From NCBI GenBank assembly GCA_051294905.1, contig CM119371.1:4838001-4902000 (forward strand): a DNA stretch of 64,000 nucleotides, in the 5' to 3' direction. Positions 54,401 to 64,000 of this stretch are shown here, piece after piece. The position numbers and the translations under genes were made by a program. The notes under the pieces are model-generated. The model made no database searches. It had not been told where the DNA came from and saw nothing but the letters and a program-made list of their open reading frames with translations. Positions within the stretch are counted from its first letter, which is position 1, and every line of letters starts with the position of its first letter. This DNA comes from Botryllus schlosseri. Lineage: Eukaryota.

Positions 54401-56152
54401 CCTGCGCGAACAGACTGAATATCACATCAATAGACTGTTCACAGACTTGGCTCCGACCAATGACAGACTAGATCAAATTCGAGACGAGACTCGAAAAGAC
54501 GCGACCTTGTCAACTGTTATGGGCTACATCCGCAATGGTTGGCCCAAAACGAAAAAGACATTGTATGGTCCAGTACGCCCATACTGGAACGAACGCGGTG
54601 TACTGACAGTACACGATGACGTATTACTCAAGGGAGATAGACTCGTAATTCCCCAAACTTTGAGAGAAGATGCATTGACGCACCTTCATGACGGTCACTT
54701 AGGCGTGACCAAAACGAGACAGCTTGCCTCGCAAACTTGTTGGTGGCCCGGATCCTCAACTGACATTGAGAGAATCGTGAGAAACTGCGATCGCTGCTTA
54801 GAACAACGACGTGATCGCGTAGAACCAATGATCTCGACTGACTTTCCGGAAAGACCATGGTCTCGCATAGCATCTGACTTTTTCAAATTTGGAAACAATT
54901 ACTATATGCTTGTTGTGGATTACTATTCAAGGGATATTGAAGTCTCCCGTGTTAACCACAACATCAATTCTGCACAGACTATAACAGAATTCAAGAAAGT
55001 TTTCAGCCGTAGAGGTATTTGTGATGTGCTGATGACCGACAACGCTCCGCTGTACGTTTCGAAAGAGTTCCAGCAATTCTGTAAAGCCTGGAACTTCAGC
55101 CACATTACCTCGTCGCCTCGATTTCCTCAAAGTAACGGGTTAGCTGAAAAAACGGTATCCTCCCTTCAGGGGCTGATGGCAAAGAGCGACGACTTCCTCC
55201 TCGCTCTGATGAATTACCGAAATACTCCGCTGCATAATGGATTTTCTCCAGCGCAGCTGAGCATGGGACGCCGCCTAAAAACACTTGTTCCGTGCCACCC
55301 AGATCGTTTGCTTCCTGAGACGATCGACAAATCTACTCTTCAAAGGAAGGAGAGAGAATATAGGAAGAAGATGTCCAAAGACTACAACAAACGACATCGC
55401 GTGGTCGAAAGCGACAGCTTTGAAGTTGGCGATAATGTATACATTCCCGACTGCCGAAAGCGAGCAACAGTGAAAGAAATGCATGACGCTCCAAGATCAA
55501 TCGTCGTAGAAACCGACCAAGGAAAAATGAGACGCAATAGAAGACACCTTCGAAATTATCATTCACCTGGAAACCCTGAAGACCACATGCCAGATGACAT
55601 CGATAACTCATTAGATCCGATTGAAGACACCGAAACACCTCTTCGAGTGACTCTACCGAAACCTCTTCAACAACCTCAATCTTCAACTAACGTTCCTGAT
55701 GCAAACCCGCGCAGATCTTCGAGACTTCGCAGACGACCTCAGAGACTCATTGAAGAATGCTAACTTAACTGTTTCTTAGGAGACAGGATCCATTCAAGGG
55801 GCAGAATAATCCCCGGACCTGTTGAATACATGGGGCAGTCTACCCCCACTGTATTAGTTAGGCTAAGTTCGCCCTTTCTGCATGTTGTAGGAAGTGATTT
55901 GTTTTGTTGAAATTTAATATGCTCTCCACACGCTTTGGGGGAGATGCAGTGGTAGCTAGTAGATACATGCCAACGCGCAAGCGTGTGTGTGTACGCTAAC
56001 ATGCATGACTAGTTTCATGGGACCTCGTGTTCCATTCGTACTCTGATACTTGTGAAGAATACAGCTTTGATTAACGTAAGAGTGAACTTCGTATATAGAT
56101 AGAAACAGCCAGACGCGCAGGACCTTTACCGCTCGAAGTCACGACTACTGCA
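51464..56152 (+). mobile_element. Full-length Ty3/Gypsy LTR retrotransposon (Mag-like), young
   Basis: 208-bp LTRs 51464-51671 and 55945-56152 (TGCAGT...ACTGCA, no difference seen); 5-bp TSD GTGAG; PBS TGGTGACAGCG at 51672 (tRNA-Leu-like); PPT GGGGGAGA before the 3' LTR. Confidence 0.97.
51732..55763 (+). CDS. Gag-Pol polyprotein (Gag zinc knuckles, aspartic protease, RT, RNase H, integrase), 1343 aa
   Basis: CKWCGEKH..CPKCKKVGHYPTQC knuckles; LDTGA protease; LPYGISSAPEIFQ and HVDD RT; ADASSYGLG/YAQIEKE/TDHKPL RNase H; H..H..CDRC zinc domain and D..D(TDN)..E integrase, in Gypsy order. Confidence 0.97.
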   Translation: MAKCTAPGPLTLTAGANHFEEWRRWRREFEFHLKGTESFEKPGRVKGNILLSNIGSKALAIYDRFTFAPAVAEADGVEAREAEDDEHYDVIMRKFDEHFQLRKRDDRVRNRVRFITRLHRGKNQPLVSWVEEVTKMACECDYRDDERENLIRDKLLASTNDSVILVRTYAVKHDELSLQMVIDIMTEREDRLADADQQASLLTVGAVSKRNPKPQAHDAPKKLYKCKWCGEKHQFGKKYCPAAKSKCPKCKKVGHYPTQCFTKSVRAVEADPDSVHSVQSVQISRENNADVVFCGAVNSVPDVDNFRFMKDMRVGRETFSWMLDTGAEVSVMPEHMYKEEYGTLQPTRTILRSADGRDMTTLGVVEMTISAQEKTFSEKVYIVRDATNLLLGCPGVYKLGVINTSKVRIEHLNATAKADCNTISLRDKDDVMLAYPDLFTGVGRLKDYQYTIKLKKDAKPFCLNTPRRVAIPLIGKLTEEIAKLKDLGIIEPVDEPTDWCAPIVVAAKKDGNIRLCVDLSKLNEAVKRELYPMPTVENSLGQISKGSLFAKLDANCGFHQIELTPECRKLTTFITPIGRFMYKRLPYGISSAPEIFQKCMGKVLAGIPHVTCHVDDIVISCQPETYNQTLTTVLDKLKASGVTLNANKCVFHATKIDYLGQVVSQDGITKDQKKVTAITGFPPPQDIAQLRRFLGMANQLMKFTPHLAETTQPLRELLSKKNAWLWGPKQKEAFEKVKTDLTSTVILALYDPNRETLVSADASSYGLGAVLMQKQDDDIFRPVAYASRSMNDTERRYAQIEKEALATTWAIERWRDLLLGMKGFRVETDHKPLVPLLSTKSLDELPLRIQRFRMRLMKYDFKISHTPGKLMYSADALSRSPLPDFADADDLREQTEYHINRLFTDLAPTNDRLDQIRDETRKDATLSTVMGYIRNGWPKTKKTLYGPVRPYWNERGVLTVHDDVLLKGDRLVIPQTLREDALTHLHDGHLGVTKTRQLASQTCWWPGSSTDIERIVRNCDRCLEQRRDRVEPMISTDFPERPWSRIASDFFKFGNNYYMLVVDYYSRDIEVSRVNHNINSAQTITEFKKVFSRRGICDVLMTDNAPLYVSKEFQQFCKAWNFSHITSSPRFPQSNGLAEKTVSSLQGLMAKSDDFLLALMNYRNTPLHNGFSPAQLSMGRRLKTLVPCHPDRLLPETIDKSTLQRKEREYRKKMSKDYNKRHRVVESDSFEVGDNVYIPDCRKRATVKEMHDAPRSIVVETDQGKMRRNRRHLRNYHSPGNPEDHMPDDIDNSLDPIEDTETPLRVTLPKPLQQPQSSTNVPDANPRRSSRLRRRPQRLIEEC

Positions 56153-58144
56153 GTGAGTAACAATTGAAGTCACAAGAAATCAATCTTTCCATTTAGTTTA
56201 GTTCAAACCTTCCTTGTTGCCATTGCCACATTACGCAATATAAGTTATGTTTCAATTTGTTACGTGCTATGTTTCCAAATCCCAATTCGTAGAACAAGTC
56301 AATCATCTCTCATGATTAGCCTACTATGACTCATCATATCTATCTCTCCTAAAGGATTAACGGGCATGCCAAAAAAGAAAGCCGAAAACTGAAATTCAAA
56401 GAAGATTTAGGTTTAGAATTTAGAGCAATAAGTATTCGCATACTGGAGTCAGGTCTCGTTCTTTCAGTTTTTGCTGAACATATCGCCGAGATTACCGATT
56501 TAATTTAAAATCGGTCTTATGACAAAAACACAAAATACTCTGTCAAGGGAGGGCGAAGTTCAGAAAAACTGCAAGCTTCGCTCAACATAAAGGCTATATC
56601 GCCTGCTGCACACTGCTAGGAAGGCAGCGACCAATAAAATAAGCTTTGTACTTGCATATACATTTCAGTGCAGTGGTTCTCGAACTGAGGACGTGAAATA
56701 ATCAGAAGGGGATGCGCGAAGCAGAGTTTATTGAAATTTTTTTCGCGCTCTGCGCAATATACCCCTAGCTTATAGTTTTTGCTCTGTGTATTGTCCGACT
56801 TGATATTTAACAATTCTCTCATAAACAGCCATAATCGTCCATGCCATCAAAATATCCATTGGGATTGCTAGCATTCTGGTTGCACTTCTAATATTTTGTG
56901 ATATCATGATAAGGGGGCGCGAAATTGTTCACTATCATAAAGGGAGGCGTGCCTAAAAAAGTTTGAGAACCACTGTTTTTGAGTCATAATAGAAGAACGT
57001 GAATAGGGATTTAAAGAGAGCTAAAATGTATCACTTTTAACATTGCTTCGAATCATGACAGCAAATGAATATTTTTTTAAATAAGCGCCACTGACTCATT
57101 ACCTGATATCAACCAATTCACTGAGCAGCATTTATTAACAATGTAATTTAGAAATAAAATTAAAATACTCTGGATAATATAGCTAAAATTTCACTCGGCC
57201 CGCCGACGTATGTATTTTTCTCATTTGGCCCGCGGAGGAAAATAATTGCCCACCCCTGGTCCAGGGAAACATCACATAAGAAATTCAAACATACCTTATA
57301 ATGCGTAATGTGACAATGGCAACAAGGAAAGTTTGAACTAAACTGAAGACGGAAATACTGATTTCATCTAACGTTGTGTGACGTCATTCATATCCAGTAC
57401 AAAGTATCATTCGAAACATTCATTTTTCTAAATCGCCGACAGCGATTACCTTATCTCCTCGCGCTGAAAGAATGTACTTTTCTGTTACTTAAGACTTTAT
57501 AGTTCTGCCATATCGCTTTTGACCCCTCGTAGCTGACCGACACGTGTTATGACTTTTAATCCTAAAGCATGCGATTGACCGACAGGGTTGGTTTTAAAGC
57601 AGCTTAGCAATAACAGCGGATTGCCTCGAATACTACACATTAGTTCGGTGATGCCAATGAATAATTTCCCTTCGTAGCCCAGTTTTCAGACAATTTCACT
57701 CAAACTTATGCGAACTCAAACCTAAACTACTTTGTCTTAGAAAATCCAAAGCAGTACTCTAGAACTACTAAAAAAGTAGTTAGCTAACCGTCAACTAACT
57801 AGAATGGAGGTTACACAAGCCTTGTCACTCAACGTATCTGCCATAAATTGAGCACACGATACCAATCCGCCGGATGATATTTATTGATAAGTATATCAAC
57901 TCGCGTTACAAAGGAAAGGCAAAAGTAACTCCATCGAGAGAGAGGTAGTGGAGATGAAGTAGGAAAAAGATGTCAAGTCATATAGAAACGCTACGCCGCA
58001 CTTTTCAAACTGTTGCTGACAAAGTCCTGGTTTTTGATCCAGTACGTACTTCACCAGCCAAAACATTTCCATCGGAGATCATACACAATGTCAATAAATC
58101 GTCTTATGGCAAACGTTAGTTTTGCTCGGCGGACGAATGGTTGG

Positions 58145-61100
58145 AGGTGAGTTTTTCAGCGTGGTCGTGGAGTACCGAAGTCGATGGCCAAGCTCTCAGC
58201 TACATCCGTATGTCTCGATCACGCTCTGCTTGTACGTTATGAAGCTGCGTTCTCGGTAGATGCAAGTCGAGGCTCCCATCAGAGGACACAAAATCACTTT
58301 GGTGTGGTCCTGCATGATAGAAAATGCTTAGTTTCCAGTTGAAGTCTTCCTAAACCCACTTTTTTAACTCTGTTTGGTAATATCGAATGGTTCGCATTTA
58401 TAATATATCAATTTTCCTCAATTTTAGCAGTTTCTGGTCGCATTTTCAAGCACCAGTACACACAAACGAAATCCCAATAGTGTGTTGGCTTCGAAATTAC
58501 AATGAAATGTCGGTCTTCGCCATCTGAATCTCGAGTCAATGACTTGTTTCGAGTCATGCGCAATGACTCGAGTCCAAGTCGAGTCAATACACAGATTGAC
58601 TCGAGTCGAGTCGAGTCATTTCCGTATTTTGAGAAAATGACTCGAGTCGAGTCGAGTCATCCGAAAATCGTGACTCGAGTCTGACTCGAGTCGAGTCATG
58701 ACTCGAGTCATTACAACCCTGGTCTCACATTACCTCGAATAAGTTGATCTGTATAGTCCGGTTGCTCAGATGCAGCACAATGGCGCTTCTCGTCCTAAAC
58801 CACGTTCTGAGAAAGGGCAGATGCGTACTGGTGATCTTCTTTCAATGCTATCAATGCTCCAGCCTGAAAAGTGTACCGGCATTCATAGCTCAACCATAAC
58901 AGCGCGATAAGAGTTGCGATAAAATCACTGCCTTTGAGTTGAACGTCAATTCGACTGAATTCGAACATGGGAATTATCACTACACAATATTTTACAAATT
59001 AAACTAAAATTATATTCAATGCTTCAGTTCTTACCAAATTAGGTTACAATAAGAATTTCACCTACATTGTTATCTTCAAATTAGTTAAATATTAAAATTA
59101 CTGAATTCGCGAAAACTTACACTTTGAATCATGCTCAGTTCAACTTATTCCAAATCGGAGTTCTCATTCACCAGGCAGACTATAATTAGAATACCATATC
59201 GCTCTAATTAGCATAATTGTATAACTACAATTATCTAGTTGTCCAAGTCTGCTATAAAGGTTATGTCGAGGGAAGTAATGCTTGTGCGTGTCGACGAAAT
59301 TTATTGCCCTATTTTGTCGAAATTGCCAAAAAATACGAACTCGAGAGTTTTTAAGCGCCTGATATACGAATGGTTGAAAATAGAGAGTGACCGATATCGG
59401 ATTCCCAAGCCGTTATCGATAAAACCGACTACTAGTCTACGACTACCGCCGATAACCCCAATGTTTTAGCTTTGACACGACTTGAAATTCTTTTCTTGTA
59501 ATCGAATTATCTTTAGTTTTTTTCGAATAGCGAAAGTGAGTACTTCAACCAATTGTGATTGCTTAATGTAGCTAGTTAACTGCCAGTAGTGTTGCAGTGC
59601 AGCAGTAGTTGAGTTTGTCACGTTACTTCTAGATCAAATGATATCACGATAATATCAACCAACCATGATCAAATGCACACATATGTAGTTGCTGAAATAC
59701 TTGAGCAAGGCGACTTTCTAGGTTAGTGAGCACGGGCATTGTTGGAGTGTGTAGTAACATACTGCCTTGTCTCTGTATATGTACTGCAGTGGCTCGTCGT
59801 CTGCGTACACAAGTATTCACGTGCTATCGTCGGAATGGCGCCGTTGCTGTTGTCATATCGTTAGTAGTCAATTAACGTTTTTACCATATTTTGGACCACA
59901 AGTAAACATGTCAAACACAAATGCGCAAACTACCATAAGGTTGACGATACCTACCCTAGTAGTTTTAGTTTTGGATTTCAAAAATAGAGTAACACATTTG
60001 AAAAAAATATTCATATTTATTCCCGAAGCTTTTCGGCTGATCCTCGTCAAGGGATATCGTCAGCAATATTGCGAGAATTCGAATGACTATGTTCAACAAC
60101 AATATATATCGCTAATTATGACGTCACACGGAAATATACAAAGTTAGTTGAGTAGTCATGGCTACAGTTTTGGATTTGGAAAGGAAATAATTATAGTATT
60201 AATTAGTTTGGAAAATTGAGTAGTTCTAATTGTAGTTGTCGATTTTGAAAAGCGAGTAGTTGTAGTTCTAGTTCTAGTTCAAAATTTGAAAAGTGAGTAG
60301 TTCTAGTGGTACTGCAAGTTTTTTAAAATGAGTAGTTCTAGTTCCAGCTGTGTGTTTTGAAAAGTGACTAGTGTGAGTTCTCGTTGCTAGTTTTGAAAAG
60401 TGGGTATTCCTAGTTTCATTTGCGATTTAGGAAATAAGTGTTTTGAAGATGAGTCTTTGTAGTTGCGCGTTTTTGAAAATCTTCTAGTTTGTACACGTCT
60501 GACACAAACATTTCCACACCTAATCCTGTTTTGTCCGTCAGATCCACCCATTTGATCATCAAAATTCTGCGGCATCTGTTGAATTGAACATAGTTTTGAC
60601 ATACAGAAATTCAATATGTCGCCAGTGCTAACAATCTTTTTGCTAATGTCGAGTATCAGCAAGAGTCGTAACTTGCGTCCGTAATACCCGCTCAACTGGA
60701 TATGCATCTGGAATTACTAATCATTTTGAGTTTCAAGATTAGCAGCGAGTTGGATTCGAATATGTCGGTTTGATTAACATCATGTAATTTCTGATATTTC
60801 TCTGGGCAGACTTGGACACTAGATAATTCCGGTTGACTAAGTAGAGTGCAATGCCGATAATCAAAATCTAATGCAATTATTTACTCTCATTCCAATCTAA
60901 TTTGTGAAATTATTTTTGCTCTCATTATAATTCCGGTCTAATTTTAGGTTTCCCGAAAATGAATGCTACAGGAGAACCGTATCGTACGAAACGAGCTAAT
61001 TTTGCTTTACAGACATTTGCCATTCTTGTACTTACGAGTATGACTCTGATTTGATATGAACTGAACTTCATTCAATTTCCAAGTTTTTGCGAATTCAGTG

Positions 61101-63590
61101 GTCATTACCAGATGCAGATTTCAAGATACAAAATCTCTGATATGTAGTGGAAATATCCTACATTTCAAGATGGAAGTATATTCCAAATAAATACAATCAG
61201 TTGTCACAAAATCAATACTCACAGATATTTATAGGGGATTTCAAGGTTGGATTGGTATCGATCGATTTCTTGAGCCGAGCTGCCATTTCTGCCATAGGAA
61301 AGTCTGTTGATTGGCTTGTCACCTACAGGTTTCCGTGTATCATCTGTATTAGCAGCACCTGTCGAGTAAAATAATAAACTGATACAATTAATCCACAACC
61401 GCAATACATTTTTGTTGAGTTGGAAAAAATCGCATCCTTTGCAAGCGTGCATTAGGTTGAAATGTGGATTGGTCGGTTTTCTTCCTCCATATGACCACAT
61501 AAAAAGTGGTACTTAACTCTCAGAATAGAACCAGTCAAACGCTGGAATTTGTATAGCTAGTTGGCGACCTCCTGATGTGGTACAAATTATCATCAGCAAT
61601 AAATCAACGATTAAGTTACAGTACAAAACTCTTGAATTAGGCTCCAAAAAGTAATTTTCACAAGTCGCAATGAAGGGATTTGACGAGACTGCTGGAGGCA
61701 CAGAACTACAATATGATTGAATCATGTATAGTTATTTAAATCAGGGTTGTGATGACTCGATTCGAGTCTGACTCGAGTCATTTTCTCAAAATATGGAAAT
61801 GACTCGACTCGAGTCAATCTGTGTATTGACTCGACTTGGACTTGAGTCATTGCGCATGACTCGAGACTCTGACCGCCAAGACCGACATTTCATTGCACTT
61901 TCGAGGAATAGTAAAGTAACCACACTATTGGGATTTCGTCTATTGGTAGTTGGTACTGGTACTTGAAAATGCGATCAGCAACTGCTAACAGTTATAAAAG
62001 TGGGTCTAACGAGACTTCAACTGGAAACTGAGCAGTCAACACAATGACTTGGACTCAATTCATAATAACATGACTCGGACTCAAACCTCTGCTCGCTGAC
62101 TTTGACCTGGACTCGGACTTGACTGGGTGGTGAATTGAAAATGACTCAACTTGACTCGAGTCAAAACAATAAAAGGTGACTTGCGAATTGGTTAGAGCCC
62201 TTATAGAAATAAACCCAAATATTTCAGTCCGGGGTAATTGTCAGCAACGAGTAGAGGATGGAAAACAACTTTTTATATCAACATAATTGGTTATATTTTA
62301 ATTCTCCATTAGTTGCTAACAATTACCCCTGTCGGCCAAAATTATTTGGGTTCATTTCAATATCAATAGATCATTCAATTGTAGAGAGGTAATTCCTGTC
62401 ACAGAATTGCTTCTTGCAAGATTGCTGGGACAAATGAGAGAAAAAATGAAGGTTGATTTAAAAGTCAATCCAGTAATTATAACATAATAGATTCAAATGA
62501 CCAACTGAGGCTGCTGATTTCTTTGATTTACGAAGTAATACTAGGCACAAGATATCACTCAGGGCTTCGTGTTGTCAAATACGAATTTATTATTATCTTA
62601 AATGTCATGATTCAAGTCAAGTAGTGAGAGACTATTTTTGAAGTAACTGACATATAGGCCATTCACACGAAGTGTAATATACCAATACTCGATTCAGGTT
62701 CGAGTGCTGGAATCATTGCGTCTAGCCCTACATGCGAGTTATGACCCCTTTTAAAAACCAAGTTCAATATTGAGAAATAGTGACGAAACCCAACTAGGTG
62801 TCCACTCCCAACCCATGTCCATTCTTGTCATAAATTTCCGGGAATATTTAGTTGGGTGTGGCTCAAAATGCATTCTTAGTTTGGCTGTCAAAGTCGACGT
62901 TTCTTGCTGGGCTCAAATCTATAATCTTCACCTCGATGTTGGTTTTCAGAAATACGTTCTCGAGCTGTCAAGACAAATTTCTCATTCAGTTCAACATGTA
63001 GGCAATATAGCTAAACTAATAATGTAGTTAGTTGAAGATCAACTAACTATTGTTAATTTAACTAGTTCCAGTTCTAATTCTAGTTGCACAGTTTCAAAAA
63101 CTTTAGTTGCTAAACAACTAGAACACATGTGTCAATGTTTGGCGTGAATCGTGATACCGGTATTCTGTTGTTTGATGTTCTTGCAGCCATTGCTAGATCA
63201 GAGACATTACTACTATAAGTGAGGGAGGCTGGGGGTGTATTTTGGGGGTCGAAATCGGTGCATTCAAAAGTCGAAATGCCGAATGATTGGATCTCAAATA
63301 TTTCTCAGCTCATTTACAATACAGCCATTTGTATTATACGTTATTAGTTAGTTTTAGGTTTGTTAGTTGCGGATTCTTAATGTTTGTCACGGTAATTATA
63401 GTTCTTAGAGCGCATTTTGAAAATCGAGAAGTTTGTACATATCTGGTTCCTGCAAGCAATGTCACCTTGATATCTCTGTGAATAATCTTACAATCATGAA
63501 GATAAACAATATCAATACTCATGGGATTGCTAGAATACAAACAACTACAGTATTTGTCAGGCACATTCAAAGCTGCGCTTTTCAACCAGA
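58145..63590 (-). pseudogene. PLK1: Second PLK1-like pseudogene, intron-containing; 5' part probably lies beyond the window
   Basis: Minus-strand exon blocks. ~63466-63585: YLHDCKIIHRDIK. ~62775-62964: LENVFLKTNIEVKIIDL..AF*ATPN*IFPE. ~61222-61358: linker. ~60522-60585: IKWVDLTDKTGLG. ~59665-59880: polo-box 1. ~58733-58863: [34 protein letters not shown]. ~58145-58311: DHTKVILCPLMGASTCIYRERSFITYK..YGCS*ELGHRLRY. Confidence 0.9.
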
Positions 63591-64000
63591 ATTACAATTA
63601 TAGCTACACATTTCCCCCAAATTAGATTAGAATAACTGATTGGTGGTAGAGAACCTGAACACACCGATTCGGTTTCGAATCTAACCTGTTCTATGTCCTT
63701 TATCATGCCTGTCGCTCTTGATAAGAGGAACGCGAAAAGTTTTTCGAATCAATACACGTTACTGTGAATGCATCGTTGAAAGCTGTGAATTAGAATTGCT
63801 TAATTCATGAAAGCCATACAACAAAAATCAAGGTAACTTGATATCAGTTCTAAATTCCCTGTCATAAAGCAACGGAATGACAAATGTCTGTACACCAAGC
63901 TTTGCTAGTTACGTACTATAAAATTCTCCTGCAGTATTTTCAGGAAACCAGAAAATAAATTACAATCGAAATAAGAGCTTGGAAACATTTAACAAATTAG

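Larger units (their letters stand above)
51228..57258. mobile_element. hAT-type MITE hosting the Gypsy insertion and another MITE (~56671-56974)
   Basis: CAGGCCTGGGCAA...TTGCCCACCCCTG, TSD GTCTAGGG/GTCCAGGG; GGCCCGCG subterminal motifs. Confidence 0.8.

Noticed and set aside
51817..56002. Small ORFs overlapping the Gypsy gag-pol
   Set aside because: Alternative-frame or antisense by-products of the long ORF.

Overview
Repeat-rich eukaryotic (metazoan, invertebrate-like) genomic DNA with no clearly intact host gene. The dominant structure is a 14,627-bp near-perfect palindrome (20664-35290). It has two ~7.29-kb inverted arms around a 43-bp G-rich spacer, begins 5'-AGTAGTAGG and ends CCTACTACT-3', and is flanked by a perfect 6-bp target-site duplication (CATATA). 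That end signature matches Polintons/Mavericks, but the element encodes no recognisable Polinton protein, so it looks like a non-autonomous all-TIR 'fold-back' Polinton. It sits inside an old hAT transposase remnant. The window also holds: two decayed, intron-containing PLK1/polo-like pseudogenes in convergent orientation at its two ends; a homogeneous C2H2 zinc-finger array with non-canonical linkers; an intact, young Ty3/Gypsy LTR retrotransposon (51464-56152); a non-coding LTR element with apparently identical LTRs (43755-49100); a CR1/L2-like LINE remnant; many hAT-type MITEs, often nested three or more deep; and two 32-40 bp hairpin insertions with their own TSDs. All calls come from reading the sequence by eye; no database searches were run.
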